Part shown: piece after piece, positions 53,308-63,517 of the stretch
Layout of the letters: each line of letters begins with the position of its first letter
How positions within the stretch are numbered: the first letter of the stretch is position 1
DNA from: a virus
Taxonomy: Duplodnaviria; Caudoviricetes
Virus record (IMG/VR): IMGVR_UViG_3300032328_000581
Location: 1 to 64,000 of that record
Strand: one strand, 5' to 3'
Length of the DNA stretch: 64,000 nt
Program-made: the position numbers and the translations under genes
Notes under the pieces: model-generated
The model's input: only the letters and a program-made list of their open reading frames with translations
The model's database searches: none
Told to the model about the DNA's origin: nothing

Positions 53308-56243
53308 TAGTATGTCCTAATCTCATTCTCTTCAATAGACCTTTTAAGTTTTCTACTAAATTCTTTAAAGAGTCTTTCCGCGTCGGCTGAGCTAGCGCTA
53401 GCAATACTTACGTTCATGTTTACGGTTATTTCTCCCCTATGAGAGGGTTCTCTTGTAGAGGATCCAGAGGACATCATCCCACCAGAAGAGTATGACTCTT
53501 GACCACCACCTATGCCCGCAGATTCTTTTGCACGCTTAGCGTCATCCATATACCTAAGGAATGTGCCGTCATTATAAGTAGACCATTGTTTCCACCAGCT
53601 ACCCTTATTGGACACTTCATATGCTGCTCTAATGTTTGTGTCGGTGTTAAATAGGGCCTCATTGTTTTTAATTCCAAATTGTTTGCGACGATTACGCCCC
53701 ATATTTGGGCTTGAAGGGTCGTTATCTTTCATATTAATTTGGAATAGTCCGTAAGAAAGGTCTCGCCGTTTGTTATTGAATGCTCGTGGATTACCTCGGG
53801 ACTCGGCAAGGGATACTGCAAAGGCTGTTTCTAAAGACTTGCCAGAAAACCCAGCACGGCGAAGCATGCGAATATAAGCAGCCCTGCTTCCACCGGGTAT
53901 TTGAGAAGAAACTGCATCATCGGCGCTATTTAAAGTTCCAGTAATTCCTTCTGAAATTGAAACGCTTCTTCGTGAGTACCCAGAGGTAAACTTATCAAGA
54001 TCTTCAGATCCAATTTCTCTACCAGCACCAATTGCTCCGGACAATAAAGAAGATAAAGATGCACTATTTAAATCTGATAAACCTCGGCTATTTAGGTCAG
54101 ATAATCCCCTACCAATTTCACCACTTTGAGAATTAGAAAAAGCATCTTGTCTACCAAATAGACCGCCGCTTACTCTAGAGAATACGTTTTTAGCCATGTT
54201 TAAGCCTGCTCTAAAAGCTTTAGTTACAAAGTTAGCGGCTTTTCCAAATAATCCCTTAGGATCAATGCGGCCCTGTGCACCGCGGCCACCATTATCTCTA
54301 ACTTCAAAGTGAAGGTGTGGTCCGGTAGATGCTCCCGCTCCAGGGGCGCCTTTACGACCACCCGATTTAGCAATTACTTGTCCATTTTTAACTACTTGAC
54401 CGACTCGAACCAGAGCACGATTTAAGTGTGCGTACAAAGTAGATTTAGTTCCATGCTTTATAATTACGTAGTTTCCGTAACCCCCGCCACTGCCAACTTC
54501 AGTAACAATACCGTCAGCAGCGGCTGTAATGTTTGTATTTTCGGCAACACCAAAGTCTGTACCTCGGTGGTTAGAACTAATGCCGTTTCCACCTTTACGG
54601 CGCCCAAAGTGAGAAGTTACCGGAGTTCCTTGAGGTACCGGTAAAGAGAATGTTCCAACAGATCCCTTGCCAGGCATATTGTTGTCGCCACCAATGCCAT
54701 GATCATCATCTGGACCGCCTATGGAGCCAATTGCACGTCCACCGAGGTATCCACCACCACTTATAAGTGCTCCCAGTATTGCGCCAGGAATTGCTCCAAC
54801 GCCGCCAGCAAACGCACCTGCAGCACCGCCAGCCAAAGCTCCCGTACCAGCAGCACTTAATAGGCCGCCTAGTATTCCTTTATCAGACTTCTGATCTCCG
54901 TACCCACTCATGCTACTTAGTAGAAGTCCTAGACCAGGTATTAATTTTCCAGCACCCTTACCTAAACCACCTCTTAAACCTGACATAAGACTACCTGCGC
55001 CACGCAATCCTCCGGCAAGGAGTGGGGAAGCGGCTTTAGCTCCAGCACCGAATCTTCCTACACCCATTATTCGACCCATAATAGCTGCGTTAACCGCAGT
55101 ATTAGCTATGCCCATACCAACGCTTCCAGCAGTAGCTAAGGTACCGCCCATATTTCCAGCGTTAGGAAAAGTTTGTAGTATGCCTTTAAGGCCCATAAGG
55201 CCGCCAGTTACCGGCCCTATTGCAGAAGCCAGATCTGCAAATCCTTCATTAAGTTTTGCAACAACGTTTAGGGATGCATTATATCCGCCTACAAGTCCGC
55301 TCTCGGTTGATTGTAGGGCCGAGCTTTGCCCTTCTTGAAACCTAAAGTTTGATCTTAATGGGCTACCCGACTCTACACCCATAGTAGTTAATGCAGACTG
55401 TGCGCTTCCTAAATCTTTTTTTGTAAGGCCCTTACCTTTCCTAGCTCGAGCTAAAATTGCAGAAGCAATCTGTCCAAATAAACCGGGGTCTCCACCGCAA
55501 ATTAACATAAGAGTCGAGTAACCTTTAGAATTTGGATTAAAGAGTAAAAATGCCTGTTGCTCGGTAACTTCACGACCACCATATAACATGTTGTAAACTA
55601 AGTTAATAATTGTATTCATAGGCTTTAAGTTGCCTTGAGCATCTCTGATATTTACGCCTAACCGTAAAAATAAGGCGCCGTTCATTTGGGAAAGGCTAGC
55701 TGCAGACTGCTCGTTAGTTTGTCCGGAAAGAGCGCTCATTCCACCAAGCTGAGACATGATGTTCATGGAGCTTTTAGAATTAGCGGAGTAACCTCCTTGA
55801 TACGCTATGTTTGCCGCAGCTGCTGTGGGGCCGCCAGCACTTGTTGCGCCATTAACTAGACGATTAGATTGCGCAATTAACTCTCGAGACTTCATGCCGC
55901 TTAAGCCCGCAACAGAATCGGCATACATTCTTTGTGCAACAGCTGACATGGTATTTGGAGCCATGCTCATAAAGGTTCCGCCAGCTATTGCCGCGCCGCC
56001 CAGTATTTTTTCATTACGGGTGAAACTGCCCAGGACGGTTCCTAGACCTAATTTACTACGTCCGGGCGACCCCCCAGATACGGCTTCGCCATAGGCTTCG
56101 CCATTTTCTTTCATTTTGGCGGTCTCAGCAGTCATCTGCTTAAGTACTTTGTAGGCTTTTACGAACTCTTTTTCAAACGTAGTTCCAATGCCTTCTACCT
56201 CATCGTCGGTAGCAAACAAGTTCTGACTGTTAATTTTAATCAC
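53307..56243 (-). CDS. Tape-measure-like protein with M23 peptidase and lysozyme-like domains
   Basis: HRGTDF, YAHL and GPHLHFEVR (M23); AES.G...SYGLFQIN...W..WSTY (lysozyme-like); Gly/Ala-rich body. Confidence 0.85.
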   Translation of the reverse strand: MIKINSQNLFATDDEVEGIGTTFEKEFVKAYKVLKQMTAETAKMKENGEAYGEAVSGGSPGRSKLGLGTVLGSFTRNEKILGGAAIAGGTFMSMAPNTMSAVAQRMYADSVAGLSGMKSRELIAQSNRLVNGATSAGGPTAAAANIAYQGGYSANSKSSMNIMSQLGGMSALSGQTNEQSAASLSQMNGALFLRLGVNIRDAQGNLKPMNTIINLVYNMLYGGREVTEQQAFLLFNPNSKGYSTLMLICGGDPGLFGQIASAILARARKGKGLTKKDLGSAQSALTTMGVESGSPLRSNFRFQEGQSSALQSTESGLVGGYNASLNVVAKLNEGFADLASAIGPVTGGLMGLKGILQTFPNAGNMGGTLATAGSVGMGIANTAVNAAIMGRIMGVGRFGAGAKAASPLLAGGLRGAGSLMSGLRGGLGKGAGKLIPGLGLLLSSMSGYGDQKSDKGILGGLLSAAGTGALAGGAAGAFAGGVGAIPGAILGALISGGGYLGGRAIGSIGGPDDDHGIGGDNNMPGKGSVGTFSLPVPQGTPVTSHFGRRKGGNGISSNHRGTDFGVAENTNITAAADGIVTEVGSGGGYGNYVIIKHGTKSTLYAHLNRALVRVGQVVKNGQVIAKSGGRKGAPGAGASTGPHLHFEVRDNGGRGAQGRIDPKGLFGKAANFVTKAFRAGLNMAKNVFSRVSGGLFGRQDAFSNSQSGEIGRGLSDLNSRGLSDLNSASLSSLLSGAIGAGREIGSEDLDKFTSGYSRRSVSISEGITGTLNSADDAVSSQIPGGSRAAYIRMLRRAGFSGKSLETAFAVSLAESRGNPRAFNNKRRDLSYGLFQINMKDNDPSSPNMGRNRRKQFGIKNNEALFNTDTNIRAAYEVSNKGSWWKQWSTYNDGTFLRYMDDAKRAKESAGIGGGQESYSSGGMMSSGSSTREPSHRGEITVNMNVSIASASSADAERLFKEFSRKLKRSIEENEIRTY

Positions 56244-56246
56244 CGC

Positions 56247-56384
56247 CTATCTAATTCGTAGTATCCACATGGTTCTCTCTCTAAATGAGAGGTGCTTTAT
56301 GTCGTCTAGAGTCCATCCCGGGTAGTTCTTGCTAAGAATGTCATAGGATTCTATGAGTAGTTCGTAGCTTAACTCACTCTTGAA
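56247..56384 (-). CDS. Frameshift extension of the tail assembly chaperone (45 aa, no upstream start codon)
   Basis: FKSELSYELLIESYDILSKNYPGWTLDDIKHLSFRERTMWILRIR in the +1 frame between chaperone and tape measure. Confidence 0.65.
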   Translation of the reverse strand, partial: FKSELSYELLIESYDILSKNYPGWTLDDIKHLSFRERTMWILRIR

Positions 56385-57201
56385 ATAGTTCCGCTAAAGT
56401 TAGCGGAAGTGGTACCTCCGAACCACAAGACTGACAAGCTTTCTTAATTGCACCGAGTTGTGGACCAGGATTGCGGTCTGTTATTGCTTTGAGTATATCT
56501 CTTCGATCTTTAATGCTTAAATCTTTAACTATCTGCGGGTTTGTTATTGGCAAACCATTAATACTTACTATACAGCCCTGCAGTAGAAGGCTGTCTAGTT
56601 CTGCAGAGTTTTTACTTGAAGCGTTTACAAGTGTCTTTTGTACGGCTCCACTAGGTAGTGTTGCCTCAACAATACCCACTTTACACTTTATGCTAAAAAC
56701 TCGGTCTTTTTCGTCAAGAGTCTTAATCTTAACGTCATCGGTTAGGTGAATCGTAACTGTTTGTTCTTCTTGGCAGGTCGGGCATAAACCCGGGCCAACA
56801 GTTACTTCTTCCCCAAAAGTGATCTTTCTAATAGCTAGAAGAAGCATTTCACGGTCTCCAGCTAGAAGCTGGTCTAGTGTTTCTTTTGTAGCTTCTTCAT
56901 CGCCTATTTTTATTACTGCTCTTTCCAAGATTGTGAGTAGTGACTTGCCTGGATCTAAAATCTTAGCAATTACTTCCTCATCAGCCCCGGTTAGTTCTCT
57001 AACAACTGCGGTTGAAATTGACCCCTCAAATGGATCATAAAGACCACCAGGTAGGGTAACTTCTCCGTCTGGAGGCAACGCAACTGGAGCTTTTTCCAGC
57101 TGCGCTGCCTCAGCAGAGTTAAGAGCATTTTCTACGAGTTTGTTAGCTGCAGCCGGATTATCCGTTGCAACTACGATTGTTTCATTTGCCATGTTATGCA
57201 C
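56374..57201 (-). CDS. Tail assembly chaperone (T4 gp26-like)
   Basis: VRELTGADEE, GDR..LL.AIR..TFG, CPTC and CQSCG; lies between the tube and tape measure genes. Confidence 0.75.
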   Translation of the reverse strand: MHNMANETIVVATDNPAAANKLVENALNSAEAAQLEKAPVALPPDGEVTLPGGLYDPFEGSISTAVVRELTGADEEVIAKILDPGKSLLTILERAVIKIGDEEATKETLDQLLAGDREMLLLAIRKITFGEEVTVGPGLCPTCQEEQTVTIHLTDDVKIKTLDEKDRVFSIKCKVGIVEATLPSGAVQKTLVNASSKNSAELDSLLLQGCIVSINGLPITNPQIVKDLSIKDRRDILKAITDRNPGPQLGAIKKACQSCGSEVPLPLTLAELFQE

Positions 57202-57216
57202 CTATTTCTTTTTTAA

Positions 57217-57846
57217 TTATGCGCTAAATGTACCGGCTGTTGCGGCAAAGCCGTCTGCAAGTATAACATCAAAGCCTTCGTGAACGATCGTCATTTCTTC
57301 AACCATTAGAGTGCTTTGACCTGCATCAAGACTGCTGTAGCCAAGGTTAGCAATCCACGCGTTGTAAACTCTAAAACGCATAGATGTATGTTGTCCAGCA
57401 TCAGTTAGTGCAGCTTTTCCACTAGCTCCGCCACCAGCAACATCGAATCCTGCTGGGTTTGGGTGGCTTAGTACTGCAATGTCTAGGGTGCAACGAAAAT
57501 CTGCTCCAACTCCGGCTGTTGCGCGAGGAGTCATAAGGGCAAATAGACGCTTCATCCACTTCTGGTTTTGATTCTGTCCAAGCATTACGCCGTGTGACAG
57601 AGTAATTGGTGTGAAAGAAGACTGACCAGGAATCTGGTGCACGTTTGTGTTGTATCCGCCTTCACGGTATGCAATAGGTTCTGTTGAAACACTAAGACCG
57701 GAAACAGATACAAAACCCATCTTATTCCAAGCAGCTGTGTCCCACTTCGAATCATCAGTATTTGGCGTAAAAGTTACTAAAAACTTAAACGTACGTACTG
57801 GATCAGTAGTTAACTGTCTCTTGATATTATCGACTGAAAGTGCCAT
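57217..57846 (-). CDS. Tail tube protein (T4 gp19-like)
   Basis: DP...FKF.V, GF.SVSGL, YREGG, PGQ..F.PITL and NAW...EE..IVHEG. Confidence 0.92.
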   Translation of the reverse strand: MALSVDNIKRQLTTDPVRTFKFLVTFTPNTDDSKWDTAAWNKMGFVSVSGLSVSTEPIAYREGGYNTNVHQIPGQSSFTPITLSHGVMLGQNQNQKWMKRLFALMTPRATAGVGADFRCTLDIAVLSHPNPAGFDVAGGGASGKAALTDAGQHTSMRFRVYNAWIANLGYSSLDAGQSTLMVEEMTIVHEGFDVILADGFAATAGTFSA

Positions 57847-57860
57847 GTTTGTTTATCTCC

Positions 57861-59438
57861 TTAGGCCGTAGCGTTGCTAGTAATTTGACCCAGTTTGATA
57901 ACAACAAACTCAGCTGGGTATTCTAAAGCGACTCCAACTTCAATATTTACACGGCCATTCATAATGTCCGCTTCGCTATTGATAGTCTCATCACATCGTA
58001 CAAAGAAGGCATCAGCAGTAGTTGCTCCACGCAAACCACCTTGTTGCCAGTATGATCCTAAGAAGTTTGAGATAGTGACGTTTAGTCGCAACCACAATCT
58101 AGCATCATTGTTTTCAAAAATCGCAAATGATGTTAGGTCTGTAAGCTCTTTCTTAAGGTAGCTTAAAGATCTACGAACATTTATGTAACGATTTCCTGGG
58201 GTGTTATTTAGAGTTCTACCACCCATAATTACAATTCCAGCCCCAGGTACTGCTCGAATTGCGTTTACTGGATTAGCAGATGTATTAATTGCATCAAGTT
58301 CTGCGTTTGTAAATTGTCGTTCTGTAGTAACAGCTAGAGCAATTTGATTTCCTAGTCCTGCAGGTGTCTTAAACACTCCGCGAGAAGCGTCTGTTGCTAG
58401 GTACTGACCTACAACTGCTGCGCCAGGTGCCTGAAGACGTGTAGCTCCAGGTGTAGAACGCAAAGCATTTGGAATCAAAACCCAAGGATAGTAAAATGCT
58501 GCGCATCCGCCTGCTGAGCTTGCAGCAAAAGCAGTAGACACATCATCAACAAATGTCTGAGCTTCAGCTACTGTAAGTCCTGCTGGAGTATCTAGAACAG
58601 CAAATGAGTCTCCGCGTCCTTCGCAATAAGAAACTAAGTCAGCTGACATGTTGATTGCAAGAGTTCGTTCTGTAGATGTAAGAGAGGTTGTGTAGGTGTA
58701 CGCAATAGCTGGGACGTTAATTACTAGTGGGTTTTGGATTGGGTCCAAAGTTGCCAGTGCAGTTGAGATATTGGTACGTGTTGGGGCAGATCCGTCTGCT
58801 CCAGCAGTTGTTGATCCAAGCGCATATAGGGTAGCTCCAATAGTAGGAATATCGTCTGGCGCTGTAGATGCAGAGTTAAGATCAGATACTGAAATAACTG
58901 AAGAGCTTGGGTTAATAACAGATACAAAGTAACGTGGATCTGTGGTGCTCATGCTTAGATCTGTAAATTGCTCAATTAGGTTAGAGGTTGCATTGCCCGC
59001 GATTGTAGGTGGGCCATACACTGCAAGACCAAAACGAGTTGGAGTTCCTGCGGCTCGAACCTGAACTGCAAGGCTGTTTCCCCAAACTCCTGGGTTATTT
59101 GCAGATACTAGAATTGTGTTTAGCTGGGCTTGAGACTTGTCAGTAAGAGTAACTGATGCGGCTGCTGCGCCAGCTCCAGTAACTCGCTTAATATACAGCT
59201 GGCGTCCGCCATTTGCAAAAAAGTTAAAGGCTGCCCAAGTTGTTGGGTAGGCGTCATCCAATGCACCAAAAGTTTTTACAAACTGTGTCCAAGAACTAAG
59301 AAGGACTGGAACAGCTGTTGGGCCTTTTGCAAGAGCACCAACAAAAACTCCAATAGCGTTGCCACTTTCAGCAAGCTCTATGGTTTGTGGAAGTTCCACT
59401 TCTTGAATAAATACGCCCGGTCTATTAAATGTAGACAT
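57861..59438 (-). CDS. Tail sheath protein
   Basis: RPGVFIQE, YYPW, RGVFKTPAG, YINVRR, FENND and PAEF. Confidence 0.95.
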   Translation of the reverse strand: MSTFNRPGVFIQEVELPQTIELAESGNAIGVFVGALAKGPTAVPVLLSSWTQFVKTFGALDDAYPTTWAAFNFFANGGRQLYIKRVTGAGAAAASVTLTDKSQAQLNTILVSANNPGVWGNSLAVQVRAAGTPTRFGLAVYGPPTIAGNATSNLIEQFTDLSMSTTDPRYFVSVINPSSSVISVSDLNSASTAPDDIPTIGATLYALGSTTAGADGSAPTRTNISTALATLDPIQNPLVINVPAIAYTYTTSLTSTERTLAINMSADLVSYCEGRGDSFAVLDTPAGLTVAEAQTFVDDVSTAFAASSAGGCAAFYYPWVLIPNALRSTPGATRLQAPGAAVVGQYLATDASRGVFKTPAGLGNQIALAVTTERQFTNAELDAINTSANPVNAIRAVPGAGIVIMGGRTLNNTPGNRYINVRRSLSYLKKELTDLTSFAIFENNDARLWLRLNVTISNFLGSYWQQGGLRGATTADAFFVRCDETINSEADIMNGRVNIEVGVALEYPAEFVVIKLGQITSNATA

Positions 59439-59486
59439 TCGGTTTTCTCCTTAATAGGTTAGTTGTTTTCATAGGGGGTCCGATTA

Positions 59487-60116
59487 TTATGCGGGTTGTG
59501 CTTGTTGTAGTTGTAACAGTTCATATATTGATACATTTGATTGATCAGTGCCACGGATACTAATATTTCTACGAGTAACCGGAACGCCTGTTCTTTCAAA
59601 ACCAGTTCTAAATAGTTCAGAACTAATTCTAATTGAGTAGACATTCATAAAGAGTCGTTTTTCAGACTCAGTGCTGTCTCTCTTGGAAAAACCCAACATA
59701 TCCAGTCGACGCCAAGTGTTGTCTTCTGGTACGTAGATAGATCCAAATCTAACTGGCAAGCGACCTATAGCAAATAGTCCACCTAAAATTTGTCGGTCAT
59801 GCCGAGGTTGCCTAGAAAAAGTTGATATTTGATAATCAAGGTTTATAGGCATTGGGTAGAACGTGTCTCGACTAGAGTTTCCGTCCCAACCTTCTGGTTG
59901 GTAGGGGACGGTAACTATTCCAGACTGTACTCGTTCGGTTGCTTCTGAAATGTTAATTAGGTCAATAGTCATATAAGGATACGCCTGTTGACGGATTTCT
60001 TTGTCCGGTTGGCCGTAGAAAACTCCTACAGGTCGTGCTTGGTTTCCCGCGTCTGAAACGGTAAGGCCAGACAAAAGGCTCTTAAGAGCCTTCTCTTCAT
60101 TTAAAATAAATGGCAT
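59487..60116 (-). CDS. Tail completion/terminator protein
   Basis: YPYMTI and P..LDYQI; directly upstream of the sheath gene. Confidence 0.6.
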   Translation of the reverse strand: MPFILNEEKALKSLLSGLTVSDAGNQARPVGVFYGQPDKEIRQQAYPYMTIDLINISEATERVQSGIVTVPYQPEGWDGNSSRDTFYPMPINLDYQISTFSRQPRHDRQILGGLFAIGRLPVRFGSIYVPEDNTWRRLDMLGFSKRDSTESEKRLFMNVYSIRISSELFRTGFERTGVPVTRRNISIRGTDQSNVSIYELLQLQQAQPA

Positions 60117-60394
60117 TAATTTACCCCAATCTTAGTAAAGTAATTTCGCATTACTGGGGATGGGGGCGTATCTTCGTCGCCATACTCAAAAGCTAGGATC
60201 TTATTCTCAAGCTCTTTAGGGTAGGAGACTTTTAGGCTGCCATTAGGGTTAGGGCGAACCTCGAGTTTTGTAGCTAGGTTTTCTGGCCACCCAGCAAGAA
60301 GCGCCTCATATTGTAGTGTGAGGGTGTGTTTATCTGCAGACGCTGATAATTCCTTGTAAAGTTTGATCTTTAATTGTTTAGTTATACTAGCCAT
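60116..60394 (-). CDS. Putative neck/tail completion protein
   Basis: GWP and EYG...PP.P.MR. Confidence 0.55.
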   Translation of the reverse strand: MASITKQLKIKLYKELSASADKHTLTLQYEALLAGWPENLATKLEVRPNPNGSLKVSYPKELENKILAFEYGDEDTPPSPVMRNYFTKIGVN

Positions 60395-60548
60395 TTTTAC
60401 GAAGAGCTTTCGAGAGTAAATACCCAGCTATAAATCCCGCTGCAGCTTTACGTTCGCCGCCTGTATTAAGGCCGACAATTCCTCGAACAAATTCTTCTTT
60501 ATCAGCTTCCGTTTCAGCACGGTTTAGCCGATTGACTAAAAAGATCAT
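60387..60548 (-). CDS. Small hypothetical protein (53 aa)
   Basis: Read by hand (MIFLVNRLNRAETEADKEEFVRG...); RBS GGAGG. Confidence 0.6.
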   Translation of the reverse strand: MIFLVNRLNRAETEADKEEFVRGIVGLNTGGERKAAAGFIAGYLLSKALRKNG

Positions 60549-60651
60549 AGTTCCTCCATATGAGGTGCAAGGTATAGCAGCAGGGTTCCCAGTTGCCTGG
60601 GCGTCGCTCTAAGGATAAGGCAAAGACGTTTAAAAGAAGCCCTAAGTGAGA

Positions 60652-60918
60652 CTATTTTTCTTTAGGCCTAAACTGTTTACGTATTCTTGGGCGTATTACT
60701 TTCTTACCCAAAGCCTTATATTTGTTACTACTCAGGCGCTTAGTTATAGCTCCCGTGGATCCTGGGGATAGGGTTCTAGCTTGCCCACCCTTCCACTTTC
60801 CTGATGACTTTTTTGACCAAGATTCGGCAGACTTAAACCCGGCTTTTACTGTTTTAGCTGAGGTGGCTTTTGCAGGACCTATAGCTTTAGGTGTTTTAGG
60901 GTTTACGTTACTAGGCAT
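60652..60918 (-). CDS. Small highly basic protein
   Basis: MPSNVNPKTPK...; K/R-rich; RBS GAGG. Confidence 0.6.
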   Translation of the reverse strand: MPSNVNPKTPKAIGPAKATSAKTVKAGFKSAESWSKKSSGKWKGGQARTLSPGSTGAITKRLSSNKYKALGKKVIRPRIRKQFRPKEK

Positions 60919-61501
60919 TTGGGGGTACCTCATTAAATGGGTCGTAAGATGCATACCTGGCAAACTGAGGGTCATTGACTAGCTCTTCAGCGTTTACCTG
61001 GTTACAGTCTAGGGAGAAAACTGTGTATTTATTATTCATAAGGCCTCTAGGAGACATTTTAGTGGGGGTAAATACTTCGTTTCTAAATACTAGACGGTCT
61101 CTTAAAAACTCATCGGGGTTATCAACAAGGGTCTTAAAGTGAGCCGAAGTAGTGCTACTTGACCCATAGAGATCCGTGCTTCTCTCAACAATGTCCATAT
61201 TAAAGGTAACTCTTAAAACGTCCACGTTATAGAAACCTCGGTCGCTTTGCATAGTCACGCCCTGGTAGATTACGGCATTGATGCATGGGATTAGAAGAGG
61301 GCCATGCCAACGACGGCCGCCAGTACTTGGGTTTGAGCTACCTACGTCGTAGATTGGGTCAACCACAGTGCTAGGCTCATCATAGGTCCACCACTCAATG
61401 TCGTTTCCAACAGTGCGAACTATCTCTTTGGTAATACCAGAGATTATAGACTTACGTTCATTAGGGACATCAAAGCGTCCTTGACGCTGTTCTCCGCGCA
61501 T
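60911..61501 (-). CDS. Putative head-closure/neck protein
   Basis: VDPIYDVG and RGFYNVD.L; structural gene context. Confidence 0.55.
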   Translation of the reverse strand: MRGEQRQGRFDVPNERKSIISGITKEIVRTVGNDIEWWTYDEPSTVVDPIYDVGSSNPSTGGRRWHGPLLIPCINAVIYQGVTMQSDRGFYNVDVLRVTFNMDIVERSTDLYGSSSTTSAHFKTLVDNPDEFLRDRLVFRNEVFTPTKMSPRGLMNNKYTVFSLDCNQVNAEELVNDPQFARYASYDPFNEVPPNA

Positions 61502-61510
61502 GTCTTCTCC

Positions 61511-63322
61511 TTATTCCCAACCCTTATCGGCTACGTCGACGGTATTTGAACTTCCACCGGGGCCTGTAGCGGTAATGTTTACCCATCGAGCCCAACTATA
61601 CTGAGAGCTATTTCTTGTTACCGTAGCGGATCCCCCTGCAGGAATGCTTCCACCAGTCCCGGTTGTAGAGGCTAGTACGCTTCCGCCATCTGAATTAGAG
61701 AACTGAAGTCCCCAGTTAAATGAAGTAGCTGCACCACCAGAGTTATTAACAGTGAGCGTCCAGCTATTAGGAGACCCCCCATTGTAATTATTTGACGCAG
61801 TTATACTAGGTGCAGAGGGCGCCGAGGTAGTAAAGGTAACGGTAGGAGACTGAGTGTACGACGATGTTAGGCCGGTATTAAGATCATAAGTAGCTACTCG
61901 AGCGTAGAAAGTTCCCGCAACCCGGTACTGATAGCTTAAGTCAGCAAGCCCTGCTGATCTTACTAATCCCCCACCGCTATTATAAATATCAATTAAATAA
62001 GATAAGCTTCCAGAGCCGCCGCTTCCAGCTGTCCAACGGAAGGTTCCACCAGTAGGAGAAATGTCATCTGAACCAGTTACACTTCCCGGAGCATTAGGGG
62101 CTGTTGGGGCGGCATTTCTTGCTGTAATAACGTTTGAAGATAGTATTGGGGGAGTGCTAGTTCCTCCGGCATTAGTTGCTGTTGCAACCCCCCTAAATAT
62201 ATTAGATGGGCTATTAGCTTGTCCCTGCGTAACTTGGAAAGATATGCTACTTGCTCCATTGCTTGAAATAACTCTACCCGAACCAGCATCTGGCGTACCG
62301 CTTGTGGTAGTAGTTATGTATACATCATAAGAAAATGGGCTGCCCGTAAATCCAGAAGCCGATGCGGTAACAAAAGTACCCACTTCTCCGCTTCCAGATA
62401 AAGTTACCGTTCCTCCTGTAGGAGCAGGGATGTTATCGAGAGTTACTGGGTCTCCCGATCCTGTAAGGGACGGTAACCCACCTTGTTGTACGCTTCCAAT
62501 AGTATTTACGTTTTCCGTGTTTACCGGGTAAGACATAAATGAATACGATGCTCCAGGAGTCAATCCAGTAACTACCGCTTGACCGCCATTAGAATTTATA
62601 GTTCCCCAAAAAATTTGGTTACCTTGTCCTGAAGGGCCGTAATAGGCTAGGGCGCTTGTGGTATTTGCACCGAAAAAAGTTGCAAAAGTAAATGTATTTG
62701 TTCCTTTAGATACAAGAGAAACCGAAGGTCGGCTTGGGGTAGGGACGGTGTAGTCATAAACCGTATACCCTACAGTTTGCGGAACAGTGTAGTTACTTGC
62801 TGCAGGAATAGTTTGACTTGCAACTGTGTTGTGGTTGTTAGCGGTTGCCCCAGATGCGCTTCTTATAACTGAACCTACTGTGTTTCCTGCGTTAACAATT
62901 AAAGCATTTGCAGTTCCTTCGGTTTGACCCACAACATTTGGGACGGTAATAAATGCAAATACGTAATAACTAAGGTTTACTGTTTGAGCTGACAGATATA
63001 CGCCTGGAGTTACGCTCTGTGAAGCAATGTTTCCATTGTTTGCCGGAGTAGCTCCGTTAGCATTATTAAGTATTGTATTAGTTCCGGGGGTATTTCCGGA
63101 GTTAGTTATGTTTGTTCTACCGGTAGCTAAAACTTGTCCTACAACATTTGGAACAACAAAAGCGCTATAAGTAAAGATTGATCGCCAAGTACCGGCAACT
63201 TTTACGTAGGCGTTAGTCACACCTAACCAGGTTCCGTTTACTTTTACGTAGGCCGTCTGTACCGAGTCAGTATCGGGGGATACCGTTCTCCATGTACCAC
63301 CTACTTTTACGTACTTGGCCAT
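61511..63322 (-). CDS. Fibre/receptor-binding-like protein with PASTA-like and Ig/FN3-like domains
   Basis: Three YVKVxGTW repeats; two VPNVVGQ...SQ PASTA-like units; VTGLTPGASYSF FN3; Ser/Thr/Gly-rich. Confidence 0.7.
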   Translation of the reverse strand: MAKYVKVGGTWRTVSPDTDSVQTAYVKVNGTWLGVTNAYVKVAGTWRSIFTYSAFVVPNVVGQVLATGRTNITNSGNTPGTNTILNNANGATPANNGNIASQSVTPGVYLSAQTVNLSYYVFAFITVPNVVGQTEGTANALIVNAGNTVGSVIRSASGATANNHNTVASQTIPAASNYTVPQTVGYTVYDYTVPTPSRPSVSLVSKGTNTFTFATFFGANTTSALAYYGPSGQGNQIFWGTINSNGGQAVVTGLTPGASYSFMSYPVNTENVNTIGSVQQGGLPSLTGSGDPVTLDNIPAPTGGTVTLSGSGEVGTFVTASASGFTGSPFSYDVYITTTTSGTPDAGSGRVISSNGASSISFQVTQGQANSPSNIFRGVATATNAGGTSTPPILSSNVITARNAAPTAPNAPGSVTGSDDISPTGGTFRWTAGSGGSGSLSYLIDIYNSGGGLVRSAGLADLSYQYRVAGTFYARVATYDLNTGLTSSYTQSPTVTFTTSAPSAPSITASNNYNGGSPNSWTLTVNNSGGAATSFNWGLQFSNSDGGSVLASTTGTGGSIPAGGSATVTRNSSQYSWARWVNITATGPGGSSNTVDVADKGWE

Positions 63323-63325
63323 GGT

Positions 63326-63517
63326 CTACGCGTACTTAAACCAGATGTCCCCATCAGCACCGTCAGTACTTGTGGGTGCGGCAGTAGATGCAAAAACGTT
63401 TCTAAGAGCCCCTGTAGTGACGGTTGTTGGTGAGACTACTTTTGTGGCAGGGCCTACAACTAGATTAGTTGTAGAAGATATCGTTTCAAGTTTTTCAGGA
63501 AATTCTTTACGTGTCAT
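63326..63517 (-). CDS. Small fibre-associated protein
   Basis: LRNVFASTAAP...GADGDIWFKY, a motif typical of phage fibre adaptors. Confidence 0.6.
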   Translation of the reverse strand: MTRKEFPEKLETISSTTNLVVGPATKVVSPTTVTTGALRNVFASTAAPTSTDGADGDIWFKYA

